From positions 4,585-68,584 of the forward strand of contig JAIOPI010000019.1 in the NCBI GenBank assembly GCA_021413965.1: 64,000 bases of DNA. Direction: 5' to 3'. The notes below the pieces were generated by a model. The model saw nothing but the letters and a program-made list of their open reading frames with translations, ran no database searches and was not told the origin of the DNA. This document shows positions 40,052 to 48,878 of this stretch, in pieces (within the stretch, counting starts at the first letter, position 1; every line of letters begins with the position of its first letter). The DNA comes from Lentisphaerota bacterium (GTDB lineage Bacteria; Verrucomicrobiota; Kiritimatiellia; UBA8416; JAIOPI01). Made by a program: the position numbers and the translations under genes.

Positions 40052-41233
40052 ATGGACGCAACGGATGATGAACCCAAGACCATGGCCCTGAGCACCGAGG
40101 ACCTTGCGAACGCCATGAAAGCGGAGGCGGCTTCTCCCGCCAAGCCCAAGTCCGACTCGGGCTCCTTTCTGGTCCTCTTCTTCGCCCCGATCCGGGAGTA
40201 CCTGGAAGATGACGACGTGTCCGAAATCATGATCAACGGTCCGAACCAGATCTACATCGAGCGCAAAGGCAAACTCACCAGCACGCCGGCCAAGTTCCTG
40301 AACGAACAGGCCCTGCAAGCGGCCGTCAAGAACGTGGCCCGCAATGTCGGCCGCATGTTCAACGCCGAGAATCCGCGCCTCGACGCCCGTCTGCCTGATG
40401 GCTCGCGCGTGCACGCCGTGATCCCGCCCCTGTCCCGCCAGGGCACGGTTGTGGCGATCCGCAAGTTCCGGCGCGAAAAGCTCAAGATCGATGACCTCGT
40501 CCGTTTCGGGAGCATTTCGCAATCCGGGGCGCAGCTGCTGGACGTCATCGTCCGTCTCCATAAGAATGTGATCGTGTCGGGCGCCACCTCGTCCGGCAAA
40601 ACGTCCGTGTTGAACGTCCTGAGTTCATTCATTCCCAATGAGGAGCGCATCCTCGTGATCGAGGACGCCAGCGAGCTGCAGTTGCAGCAGGTGCACATTG
40701 TGGCGTTCGAAACGCGCAAGGCAGACGAGCACGGCAAGGGCGAAGTGGCGATCCGCGATCTTGTCCACTCCAGCCTGCGCTTGCGCCCCGACCGTCTGGT
40801 CATCGGCGAAATCCGGGGCGGTGAGGCGCTGGACTTGTTGCAGGCCCTTAACACCGGTCACGCGGGCAGCATGTCCACGATTCACGCCAATGGGCCCGTC
40901 GATGCACTGACGCGCGTGGAGACCTGCGCCTTGCTGAGCGGCATCGATATTCCCTTGTCCGCCCTCCGGTCCCAGGTGGCGTCTGCCATCAATGCCGTGG
41001 TTCACACGGCCAGGCTGTCGGATGGCACGCGCAAGATCACCCACATCACCGAGGTGCTGGGACTGGAAAAGGGTGAGTATGCGGTTCGCGATTTGATCAC
41101 GTTCAAGTCGGGTGGCATGGACGAATCGGGCAAGCTCAAGGGCGCCCACAGCGGGTGCGGCGAGCTGCCCACCTTCATGGACGAAGCCAAAATGCTGCGC
41201 CTGCCCATCGATCCGGCCTGGTTTGCGGTCTGA
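40052..41233 (+). CDS. Second CpaF/TadA ATPase (no FHA; N-terminal Thr-motif tail)
   Basis: EIMINGP, DARLPDGSRV, Walker A GATSSGKT, LRLRPDRLVIGE and LNTGH motifs. Confidence 0.92.
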   Translation: MDATDDEPKTMALSTEDLANAMKAEAASPAKPKSDSGSFLVLFFAPIREYLEDDDVSEIMINGPNQIYIERKGKLTSTPAKFLNEQALQAAVKNVARNVGRMFNAENPRLDARLPDGSRVHAVIPPLSRQGTVVAIRKFRREKLKIDDLVRFGSISQSGAQLLDVIVRLHKNVIVSGATSSGKTSVLNVLSSFIPNEERILVIEDASELQLQQVHIVAFETRKADEHGKGEVAIRDLVHSSLRLRPDRLVIGEIRGGEALDLLQALNTGHAGSMSTIHANGPVDALTRVETCALLSGIDIPLSALRSQVASAINAVVHTARLSDGTRKITHITEVLGLEKGEYAVRDLITFKSGGMDESGKLKGAHSGCGELPTFMDEAKMLRLPIDPAWFAV

Positions 41234-41321
41234 CCGACTTCGTGGCCCCCAGCCACAGCGCCTCTGTTTGTAGACGATGGTCATCACCGGGCCCCTGTAC
41301 GGCAGACGTCTTCTGGCAGCC

Positions 41322-41660
41322 CTATCGATTGCGCAAGAAGCGGACTTCGACGCGCAAGCGCTCCACTTCGTCCAGCAAGTTCAGTAGCGTTCGAATCAGG
41401 GGTAGTTGTAGCCCGTGCACGACCCGCAGGTGTTCGATCCGCCGCGCCGTGCGAATGGCCTCTTCGCTGAATGCCATGGCCCCAACCGGCGGCAGCAGAA
41501 CGGGGTGCACGAGTCCGGCGCGACAGTAGATCAGCAAGGACCGTCGCGTGACGCCCGCGAGCCGGGCGGCCATATCGAGGCTGTACAGCGCATCCGGCTG
41601 GGGTTCGAACACCTCCAGGGCCTGGGCTGGCGCGCGATCGGCATCTGATGGCGTGTTCAT
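41322..41660 (-). CDS. cbpM: CbpM-like MerR-type chaperone modulator
   Basis: MerR HTH pattern; ATGA overlap with the upstream DnaJ-class gene; C-terminal LLDEVERLR. Confidence 0.7.
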   Translation of the reverse strand: MNTPSDADRAPAQALEVFEPQPDALYSLDMAARLAGVTRRSLLIYCRAGLVHPVLLPPVGAMAFSEEAIRTARRIEHLRVVHGLQLPLIRTLLNLLDEVERLRVEVRFLRNR

Positions 41661-42628
41661 GGGGATTGCCTCGGCTTCTGCCGCGCTTGGGCGGCCAGTT
41701 GTTCCCACAAAGCCTTTTCATCCGGTGTCAGCTGCGACGGGACCTGGATGCTCACGACGGCATAATAATCGCCCCGCGTCCCGTTTCCCGTGGGCAACCC
41801 CTTGCCCCGGAGACGAAAGTGCTTGCGCGCCGCTGTACCGGCCGGAATTTTCAGGGACACCTGCCCGTCCAGCGTGGGGATAAGGACAGCGGAACCCAAG
41901 ACCGCGTCCCATGGGGATACTTCCACATGGTGATAGAGGTCGGCACCGCGCACCTGGAAGTCCGGGTGTTGTGCGAACCTGACACTGAGGTAGAGATCCC
42001 CTGAGGGGCCTCCGCCGTGGCCGGTTTCGCCTTTGCCCGCCAGCCGAACGAGTTGGCCGTCCCGGACACCGGGCGGAATCCGGACCCGTAACGTCTGCGT
42101 GGTGGCTTGCCTGGTGCGGGGATCGGTGCGCTGCAACCGGATGGTGCGCGTCGACCCGCTCACAATTTCGGCGAGCGTCACCAGCAGGCCGCTCTCGACG
42201 TCCCGGCCACGCCGGGGGAATGGTGTGTTCTCTGCGCCCGCCGTGCGGCTCTGGTCAAATCCGGCGAAGGGGTGTTCACGGCCGCCAAAGAACTGCTCAA
42301 AGAAATCGCTGAAGCCGGTGCCCTCAAAATGGAATTCAGTCCCCGTGCCGGCCTGCCCGCCAAAGCCCCCAGGTGCTGCGGCTGCTTGCCGCGCGGGGTT
42401 GTTCCAGTCAGCGCCCAGCTCGTCGTATCGCCGCCGCTTGTCCGGATCGCTGAGAACTTCGTTGGCCTCGTTGATGTCCTTGAACCGGGATTCGGCGGCG
42501 GTTTTGTCCTTGGCGACGTCGGGATGGTAAAGGCGGGCGAGCCTGCGGAACGCCTTCTTGATGTCGTCGCCGGTCGCGTCGCGCGCCAACTCCAAAACTG
42601 CGTAGTAGTCCTTGTATTCGACCGGCAT
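41657..42628 (-). CDS. cbpA: DnaJ-class co-chaperone CbpA
   Basis: KDYY J-domain with HPD, FSDFFE, DnaJ C-terminal domain, no Zn finger. Confidence 0.85.
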   Translation of the reverse strand: MPVEYKDYYAVLELARDATGDDIKKAFRRLARLYHPDVAKDKTAAESRFKDINEANEVLSDPDKRRRYDELGADWNNPARQAAAAPGGFGGQAGTGTEFHFEGTGFSDFFEQFFGGREHPFAGFDQSRTAGAENTPFPRRGRDVESGLLVTLAEIVSGSTRTIRLQRTDPRTRQATTQTLRVRIPPGVRDGQLVRLAGKGETGHGGGPSGDLYLSVRFAQHPDFQVRGADLYHHVEVSPWDAVLGSAVLIPTLDGQVSLKIPAGTAARKHFRLRGKGLPTGNGTRGDYYAVVSIQVPSQLTPDEKALWEQLAAQARQKPRQSP

Positions 42629-42727
42629 GACCGACTCCCGGGTGAGCACCCACGAGGGATGCGGCGATGGCGGTTGCGAGTCGCCGCGGCGTGGCGCCGG
42701 CAGGAAGCGCGCGGCACGTCGGGAGCC

Positions 42728-42919
42728 CTAACCGTAAAAGTACTCGGGGCTGACGTTCTGGCTGCCAGCCAGAACGATCACAGGCGCCTTGTCGTCCGCG
42801 CGATCCCGCGGTCGCGCGGTGGTGGCCGAAACGGTGCAAGTATCCTCCGACCTCGTGTAGGCCTTGGGGGGCACGTCGATTTCGATCGGGTGGTATTCGA
42901 CTCTGGGCTGGGTCGCCAT
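42728..42919 (-). CDS. Small hypothetical protein (63 aa)
   Basis: Strong RBS GAGGAGG; sits between co-oriented genes. Confidence 0.55.
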   Translation of the reverse strand: MATQPRVEYHPIEIDVPPKAYTRSEDTCTVSATTARPRDRADDKAPVIVLAGSQNVSPEYFYG

Positions 42920-42934
42920 CGGGCACCTCCTCGG

Positions 42935-43306
42935 TTACGGCATGCGCACGGGAAATTCCTGTCCGGAGTGCTCCGCAGGGCGCACGCGGAGTTGCAGTGG
43001 TCGCCGGCCTCCGAAAAGGCGAACGGGGTGGCCGGGTTTCTGCACGATGTTCATGACCAGGTTGATGGCGGCGGCGGTGCCATCGTAGAGCACATGGATC
43101 TTGCCGCGCTCCGCATCAATACGCACGGCGTTCACCCCCGGGATGGCTTCCAGCCGTGCCTTGATGTCCTCCGGCGGCTCCACCCCCCCGCATGGCGGCT
43201 GCATGCCCAGCACGGCGAAGGCCGGCTGCGGGCTTCGTGGCTCCAGCGCACGATCGGCGTGATCACGATTACCCAACGGGGTTTCAGCCGAACCCTTTGC
43301 TCTCAT
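42935..43306 (-). CDS. HMA-like (ferredoxin-fold) protein with a degenerate metal motif
   Basis: FAVLGMQPPCGG...IKARLEAIPGVNAVRID....KIHVLYD resembles HMA but has only one Cys. Confidence 0.55.
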   Translation of the reverse strand: MRAKGSAETPLGNRDHADRALEPRSPQPAFAVLGMQPPCGGVEPPEDIKARLEAIPGVNAVRIDAERGKIHVLYDGTAAAINLVMNIVQKPGHPVRLFGGRRPLQLRVRPAEHSGQEFPVRMP

Positions 43307-43340
43307 AGTCACGACCATACCGCCGCGGTAAACCGAGATG

Positions 43341-43359
43341 CCATGGGGTAAAACCCTAC
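43341..43359 (-). promoter_or_regulatory. Conserved 19-bp promoter motif, copy 1
   Basis: GTAGGGTTTTACCCCATGG, then 21 nt, then TATGGT; ATG 7 nt later. Confidence 0.7.
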
Positions 43360-43411
43360 CAATCGCCCATCGGCCGCGAACCGAACGCCGCATCGCGCAT
43401 CGACCGCGCGG

Positions 43412-43807
43412 TCAGCTTGGTGGAAGCCGGCGCGAGGCCTTTCGAAGGAGTTCCGTGACGCCCGACTTGTCCATCCAGGCTTGCTCCTGGAAGGCGGCGC
43501 GCAGCGCCACCCAGCCAGCCGCGATGTAGCCGCCCCCGAGGATCATGCCGAGGAGCGCCTTGGCCGCCATGCTCCAGGGGAGCAGGATGAAGAGCCCGAT
43601 GTGGAACATCAGCACGCCCAGGCCCAGGAGCCCAACCATGAGCACGATCTGCAACAGGCCGAGCGCCGACAGCCGGGCCAGCTGGACCCCGCGCACGTAG
43701 CACGCCGTCGCCTCGATCCGCAGCAGGTCCGTCGTGGCGCGCCGGTAATCGGCCAGCAGCTTCACCACGAGTCCCGCCTGCAATCCCCTGATCAGAAACT
43801 TGAGCAT
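43412..43807 (-). CDS. Two-TM protein (YqjE/holin-like) downstream of DUF883
   Basis: Two hydrophobic helices; typical position after ElaB/YqjD. Confidence 0.6.
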   Translation of the reverse strand: MLKFLIRGLQAGLVVKLLADYRRATTDLLRIEATACYVRGVQLARLSALGLLQIVLMVGLLGLGVLMFHIGLFILLPWSMAAKALLGMILGGGYIAAGWVALRAAFQEQAWMDKSGVTELLRKASRRLPPS

Positions 43808-43827
43808 CGCGTCGCCTGCGGCTGGGG

Positions 43828-44169
43828 TTACTTCGGGTTGCGACCCAGAATGGCGCCCAGCAGCAGTCCAACCACGGCTGATCCCGCAATGAACGCCCAC
43901 GGGTTCTGGTGCACCGACTTGTCCACGTCGCGCGTGATCTCACACGCCTTCGCGACGCTCGCCTCTTTCGCGTGCGTCGCCGCTTCGCTCGCGTGGTGCC
44001 GCGCTTCGGTCAGCGACTTGACCAGGCCGGTTTCGGTTTCCACAATCACGTTCTTCAGATGCGTGTACTTGTCGGACATGAGGCCCTTCAACTCGTCCTT
44101 CTTTTGCGTGGCCGCTTCCTCCAGCAGTTTCAAGGCTTCCGCAAGGTTCTCGCTGCTTGTGTGCGTCAT
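43828..44169 (-). CDS. DUF883/ElaB/YqjD-family tail-anchored protein
   Basis: Helical body ending VHQNPWAFIAGSAVVGLLLGAILGR; AGGAG RBS. Confidence 0.85.
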   Translation of the reverse strand: MTHTSSENLAEALKLLEEAATQKKDELKGLMSDKYTHLKNVIVETETGLVKSLTEARHHASEAATHAKEASVAKACEITRDVDKSVHQNPWAFIAGSAVVGLLLGAILGRNPK

Positions 44170-44250
44170 GACAACACTCCTTCTGACATTCTGTTTACGT
44201 TCCCGATTCCATCTGAGTAAGGCCACGCTACGCCGTGCGCCTGCTCGCGG

Positions 44251-44269
44251 CTATGGGGTAAAACCCTAC
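44251..44269 (-). promoter_or_regulatory. Conserved 19-bp promoter motif, copy 2
   Basis: GTAGGGTTTTACCCCATAG, then 20 nt, then TAGCGT. Confidence 0.7.
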
Positions 44270-44308
44270 CTGCCGAAGACGCCGGCGCGCGTGGCCGAGG
44301 GATGTCTC

Positions 44309-44887
44309 TCAAATGAAGCCAAGGACAGGTCTCTGCCAGCCCCCGGTCTCGGCGCCGATATGCATCTTCAGATACGAGGTGAGCGACGCCTCGGAAGACA
44401 AGCCCTTGCCATCGTTCAGCCAGGTCAGCAGGTACTTGGTGAACAGCCCGTGATCGCCGCTTTCAAACGCCTCGTACGTGGATGCCGCCAGAATCTTCCG
44501 GGTCCCTGACGTCTTCAGGCCGAGGCCGATGTAGCAGCAATCTAGCACCAGCATCGTCTGCGCGCGGGCAATGTCGGTGAGCGCAAGGTCGCCATCTCGC
44601 AGAATCAGTCGACCGGTTACGGCGTGACCCGCGAAGTACACCAGGTCGGGGTGACGCGCCAGCGCCTCCAGGACCTTGGCGCGCGTGACGTCCAGGCCCG
44701 TCAACGTCTGGACATCATCCCCCAGGCGCGTGAACGCCTGTGCCATTTCGGTGGCGTCATTCTCCGCGTATCGCAGTTGGGGATACCGATCGTAGGCGTT
44801 CAGCCCGATACAGAGCACCGTGTCGGCTCCCGCACTCATCAGCACCGTGGCGATGAGCGCACCGAGCAGGATCTTCGCGCGACGCAT
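44309..44887 (-). CDS. Secreted minimal caspase-family (peptidase C14) protein
   Basis: Signal peptide; LCIGLNAY..L.YAENDA, YFAGH, LDCC and GLFTKYLL motifs. Confidence 0.82.
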   Translation of the reverse strand: MRRAKILLGALIATVLMSAGADTVLCIGLNAYDRYPQLRYAENDATEMAQAFTRLGDDVQTLTGLDVTRAKVLEALARHPDLVYFAGHAVTGRLILRDGDLALTDIARAQTMLVLDCCYIGLGLKTSGTRKILAASTYEAFESGDHGLFTKYLLTWLNDGKGLSSEASLTSYLKMHIGAETGGWQRPVLGFI

Positions 44888-44994
44888 GAGCGGGGGCTCC
44901 TTGTTGAAGCGGTTGCCGGAGCGCGGCCACCGGTCGGGTCATGAGGCAAGTGGGATTCAGATGAGATGACATTACGGGCGCTCGCCGGTCGTGA

Positions 44995-45013
44995 CCATGG
45001 GGTCTAACCCGTA
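44995..45013 (-). promoter_or_regulatory. Conserved promoter motif, copy 3 (degenerate), upstream of the caspase
   Basis: TACGGGTTAGACCCCATGG, then 20 nt, then TAATGT. Confidence 0.6.
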
Positions 45014-45044
45014 GATTCCGCGAACAGCGGGGGCGTGGCGTGGG

Positions 45045-45063
45045 GTAGGGTTCAGCCCCATGG
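45045..45063 (+). promoter_or_regulatory. Conserved promoter motif, copy 4, upstream of entericidin
   Basis: GTAGGGTTCAGCCCCATGG, then 20 nt, then TAGGGT. Confidence 0.7.
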
Positions 45064-45133
45064 CGTGAGGACGTCGCGCGGACTAGGGTGCTGGCAGATC
45101 GAGGCCACATTCCGTCGGACGCGGGGAGCTGAT

Positions 45134-45262
45134 ATGAAAATACTATGCGCCATGTTGATCATGCTGGGGGCGTCGTTGACCATGCTGGGCTGCAATACCG
45201 TGAAGGGTGCGGGGCAGGACGTTGAAAACGTGGGCGATGCGATGAAAGACGCCGTCAATTGA
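45134..45262 (+). CDS. Entericidin EcnA/B-family lipoprotein
   Basis: LGC-NTVKGAGQDV...GDA; GGGGAG RBS. Confidence 0.88.
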   Translation: MKILCAMLIMLGASLTMLGCNTVKGAGQDVENVGDAMKDAVN

Positions 45263-45363
45263 TGCTCGGCATGCGACCGTCCGGGATGGCCGTGCGCTAC
45301 CGGGCGGCGCAGGCGGGCGCGGTCGGGTCCGGGCGCGCGCACATTGAATCAGGTTCGTCCAGT

Positions 45364-46881
45364 ATGATGAAGACGAGCAAATTGATCCGTGGGAGCCGCG
45401 TGCGGATAGGCCTCCTGGTTGCGGTCATGCTGCTGCCGCGAGTCGGCAAGGCGCAGGGGCCCGCCCCCGCCGCTGAACCGTCGACCAAAGCGTCCGACGC
45501 CACACCAGGCCCGCGGGTAACCAGCTACGAAGGGGCCGGCCCTCAGCCCCGGGTCGGGGTGGCCGAGGAAACCGTGACCGGTGAATCGTGGGGCGACTAC
45601 AGCTATGTCATCCCCTTTCTGGAAGTGGTTGCGTTTGAGGCCACGCTGAATATCTATGACCGGGCGTACCAGGAGGAGGGGACGTACGACACCACCTACA
45701 AGACGTTCGAGCGCAATTTCAAAACCGCGCCAGTGGTCGATGCCGACACGTTTCAGATCAATCAGCTCTATCATCCGTACCAGGGCGCGATGTATTTCGG
45801 CTTTGGACGGTCGGCGGGCCTCAGCTACTGGCAATCGTTGCTGTACAGCATGGGCGGCAGCGAACTCTGGGAAACGGCGGGCGAAACGGGACCGCCGTCC
45901 TTCAACGACCAGATCGCCAGCGGCATCGGCGGGAGTTTTCTTGGCGAGCCGCTCATTCGCATGGCCAGCCTGCTGCTGGAGGGGGGCGGCGCTCGGCCAG
46001 GCCCCTGGCGGGAAGCCGGCGCGGCGATCATCTCGCCGCCGACGGGCATCAATCGCCTCGCGTTCGGCGAGCGCTTCGACAAGGTGTTCCCCAGCCACAA
46101 CCCGCCGACCTTCACGCGCGTGCGGCTCGGCCTGAGCACCACGTCGCGACAGTCGGATAATGGCCATGTGGAAACGTATGACCGGCAGCAGGTGAGCGCC
46201 GACTTCCTGATGGCCTATGGACTCCCGGGTAAGTCGACGTACACCTATGACCGTCCATTCGACTACTTCAATTTCGAATTCGCCGCCGGCTCCGGCGAAG
46301 GGACGTTTCAGAACATCATGAGCCGCGGCCTGCTCTACGGAACCGACTATGAGGCCGGTGAATCCTACCGCGGCATCTGGGGATTGTATGGGAGCTACGA
46401 CTACATCTCGCCCGATACCTTTCGCGTTTCCAGCACGGCTGTCTCGCTCGGAACCACGGCGCAATGGTGGCTGATGCCGGATGTGGCGCTGCAGTACTCC
46501 GCCCTGGGGGGCGCCGGATATGCGGCCGCGGGCACCATCCACGGGGAAGATGAGCGCGACTACCGTTACGGGGCGACGCCGCAGGCACTTCTGGATCTCC
46601 GCCTCATCCTGGGTGACCGGGCCATGCTGGACGCCACGGGTCGCGAGTACTACATCAGCGACGTCGGCGGCACGAGTCCCGGGGGATACGAACTGATTGG
46701 ACGCCAGAACGTCGGCGTCACCATCCGCGTGTGCGGGCAGCACGGCCTTGGGGTCCGACTCGTACGCACGACCCGGGATGCCCATGTGGACGGTTTGAGC
46801 GCCAGGGAGCAGATGGAAAGCATCGTCAGCGTGGCGTACACCCTTCTTGGCGACGACAACTTCGGCGCGGTCGAGTGGTGA
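45364..46881 (+). CDS. DUF3943-like outer-membrane protein
   Basis: Signal peptide; D.F.INQ..HPYQGAMY...RS.G and SELWE..GE...PS.ND motifs. Confidence 0.72.
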   Translation: MMKTSKLIRGSRVRIGLLVAVMLLPRVGKAQGPAPAAEPSTKASDATPGPRVTSYEGAGPQPRVGVAEETVTGESWGDYSYVIPFLEVVAFEATLNIYDRAYQEEGTYDTTYKTFERNFKTAPVVDADTFQINQLYHPYQGAMYFGFGRSAGLSYWQSLLYSMGGSELWETAGETGPPSFNDQIASGIGGSFLGEPLIRMASLLLEGGGARPGPWREAGAAIISPPTGINRLAFGERFDKVFPSHNPPTFTRVRLGLSTTSRQSDNGHVETYDRQQVSADFLMAYGLPGKSTYTYDRPFDYFNFEFAAGSGEGTFQNIMSRGLLYGTDYEAGESYRGIWGLYGSYDYISPDTFRVSSTAVSLGTTAQWWLMPDVALQYSALGGAGYAAAGTIHGEDERDYRYGATPQALLDLRLILGDRAMLDATGREYYISDVGGTSPGGYELIGRQNVGVTIRVCGQHGLGVRLVRTTRDAHVDGLSAREQMESIVSVAYTLLGDDNFGAVEW

Positions 46882-46891
46882 TCGAGCGGCG

Positions 46892-47740
46892 TCATGGGGG
46901 CGACATCGGCCGCGGTGTTGGAGGGGCCGCCGCCTGCTCTGTGCCGTTGCGCACGAGGTTGCGGCGATACTGGAAATAGGCATCCCGCAAGGCGATGTAG
47001 GGATCGATGGCGGCCTGCTTGAAATCCTCGTACTCGCCCGGTCGGAGCGATGTGTGGTTCACGGTGTCATACGACTTGATGCCAGCGCGATATTCCCACT
47101 GAGGGACAAGGTAGTAGGTGGGGTCGAGAAAGAAGTCCCCGACGGAGCCGACGGTGTCGCGGGCGCAGGAGGGCCCGAAGATGGGCCAGTTCAGGTAGAT
47201 GGAAGGCCCGAGCCCATACCGTCCGAGGGTCTGTCCGAGATCTTCGTTGCGTTTCTCGAGTGCCCACCGGTGGCGGGCCGGATCGCCGAAGCCAGCCACG
47301 CCGACCGTGGTGTTGATGGCAAATCGTTCCAGTTCCACCCAGGCACCCTTGAACTCGGCTTGGAGCGTGCAACTCACCAGCCTGACGGGCGTGGCCAGGT
47401 TGGAGAAGAAATTGCGCACGCCGCGCCGCGCCGTCGACGGCAACACGTAGCCGTACCCCCGCGATACGGGCTTCAATACCCAGAAATACAGCTTGTCGTT
47501 GAAATGAAAGAAGGCCCGGTTGATGGGCTCCAGCGGATCCGAAACGGCGACCGGCAACGCTACGGGCACGACATCCGGGACCCCACCGATCCCGGGCAGC
47601 GGCGCCTCCTCCTTCGGGGCGTCCGCGATCACGGGGGGACGCGCGGTCGCGCCGGCGCCCGGCTGTGGCCCCGAGGCCGTGCTACGGCAGCCGGCACAAC
47701 TCAGCAGCGCAAGCGCGAGGCATCGACCGGCCGTTTTCAC
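46892..47740 (-). CDS. mlaA: MlaA/VacJ lipoprotein
   Basis: Lipobox; DPLEPINR..F.FND, RFAINTTVG, EDLGQTLG and DPYIALRDAY motifs. Confidence 0.92.
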   Translation of the reverse strand: MKTAGRCLALALLSCAGCRSTASGPQPGAGATARPPVIADAPKEEAPLPGIGGVPDVVPVALPVAVSDPLEPINRAFFHFNDKLYFWVLKPVSRGYGYVLPSTARRGVRNFFSNLATPVRLVSCTLQAEFKGAWVELERFAINTTVGVAGFGDPARHRWALEKRNEDLGQTLGRYGLGPSIYLNWPIFGPSCARDTVGSVGDFFLDPTYYLVPQWEYRAGIKSYDTVNHTSLRPGEYEDFKQAAIDPYIALRDAYFQYRRNLVRNGTEQAAAPPTPRPMSPP

Positions 47741-48405
47741 AGCACATCTTTCGCCGGCACCGGCGTTGCCGCCGGAGGCTCGTCCTTGGGCGCGTCCGGA
47801 ACGGGCGCACGGGAGGCGATCTTCGTCTTCAGCCGTGCGACGAGGACATCATACGAGGAGCTGCCAAGAATGGCGCCGACCTGGCTGCGATAGTTGTTCA
47901 CCAGGCTGACGCCTTCGATGCTGACGTCATAAACCAGCCATGCCGGCCCCTTCTGCAGCATGCGGTAGCTGACCGGGATGTCCGTGCCGCGGAGGGTGAC
48001 GATCGCGACATCCACCACTCCGTAGGTCCCCTCCACCTTGTCGCCCTTGTAGAGGATCTTCTCTCCCGAATAGCTTTCCACCTTGGTCATGTAGGTCTTC
48101 TCGACCAATTCGCTGAAGAGATCGGTGAACTCGGTGCGCTGCGCATCGGTCAGCTCCTTCCAGTGATTGCCGAGGGCGCTGCGGGCCATGGACGCCCAGT
48201 CGAAGCGTTCGTCCACCACCAGGTCCATCTGGGCCTGCCGCGCGCGGTCCTGTTCCGGCCCTTTCATGGCCGGGTCCTGGACAATGGCGAGAATCTTGTC
48301 CGTCGTCTGCCGGAGTTGATCCGTGGGGACCCCGGCCAGGGCGAGCGCCGGAGCGCCGCACAACAGCAACAAGGTCAACAGCGGGTGTCTGTACCATGCG
48401 TTCAT
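47737..48405 (-). CDS. mlaC: MlaC phospholipid-binding periplasmic protein
   Basis: FD...MAR.ALG..W and W.VYDV.IEGVSLV.NYR.Q motifs. Confidence 0.92.
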   Translation of the reverse strand: MNAWYRHPLLTLLLLCGAPALALAGVPTDQLRQTTDKILAIVQDPAMKGPEQDRARQAQMDLVVDERFDWASMARSALGNHWKELTDAQRTEFTDLFSELVEKTYMTKVESYSGEKILYKGDKVEGTYGVVDVAIVTLRGTDIPVSYRMLQKGPAWLVYDVSIEGVSLVNNYRSQVGAILGSSSYDVLVARLKTKIASRAPVPDAPKDEPPAATPVPAKDVL

Positions 48406-48434
48406 CGTCGGTCCTCCTGGTTGATTGATGAGGC

Positions 48435-48878
48435 TCAAAGATCGCCGAAGGCGTACTTGCTGATCAGCGACTCGATATCGACGGCCGATTCCGTCTGTCG
48501 GATCGTCCCGCCCGCCGGGATGATGCCGTCCGCGGCGCCAGCACTGACTTGCACGTACTTCTCGCCGATCAGGCCGCTGGTCTTGATGGATACGATGGCG
48601 TCGTCGTGGATGGCCAGGCCCGGATCGATCTCCAGCACGACCTTCGCCGCATAGTCTGTGAGCGCAATGCTGACCACGTGGCCAACGTCCACGCCGGCAA
48701 CGACCACCGCGGCACCGCGCCGCAGTCCGCCGGTATCACTAAAGACAGCGGAGACTTCGTAGCCGTGCTTGCCCAGGATTGCGAGGTTCCCCAGCTTGAT
48801 CGACAAATACGCCAGGCAGAGCAGCCCGATGACCATGAAGGCCCCCACGTACAGTTCGAGATTTAATCGGCGCCTCAT
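48435..48878 (-). CDS. mlaD: MlaD (MCE) protein
   Basis: N-terminal TM; GGL..GA.V..AGV.VG.V and TSGLIGEKYV motifs. Confidence 0.92.
   Translation of the reverse strand: MRRRLNLELYVGAFMVIGLLCLAYLSIKLGNLAILGKHGYEVSAVFSDTGGLRRGAAVVVAGVDVGHVVSIALTDYAAKVVLEIDPGLAIHDDAIVSIKTSGLIGEKYVQVSAGAADGIIPAGGTIRQTESAVDIESLISKYAFGDL

Noticed and set aside
41909-41927. CCATGGGGATACTTCCAC, a partial match to the 19-bp regulon motif
   Set aside because: It lies inside cbpA, the right half-site is poor and no matching -10 was found.
44309-44887. Caspase as part of an anti-phage system (gasdermin, CBASS, Avs)
   Set aside because: No gasdermin, cyclase or NLR-like neighbour, and the protein has a signal peptide.
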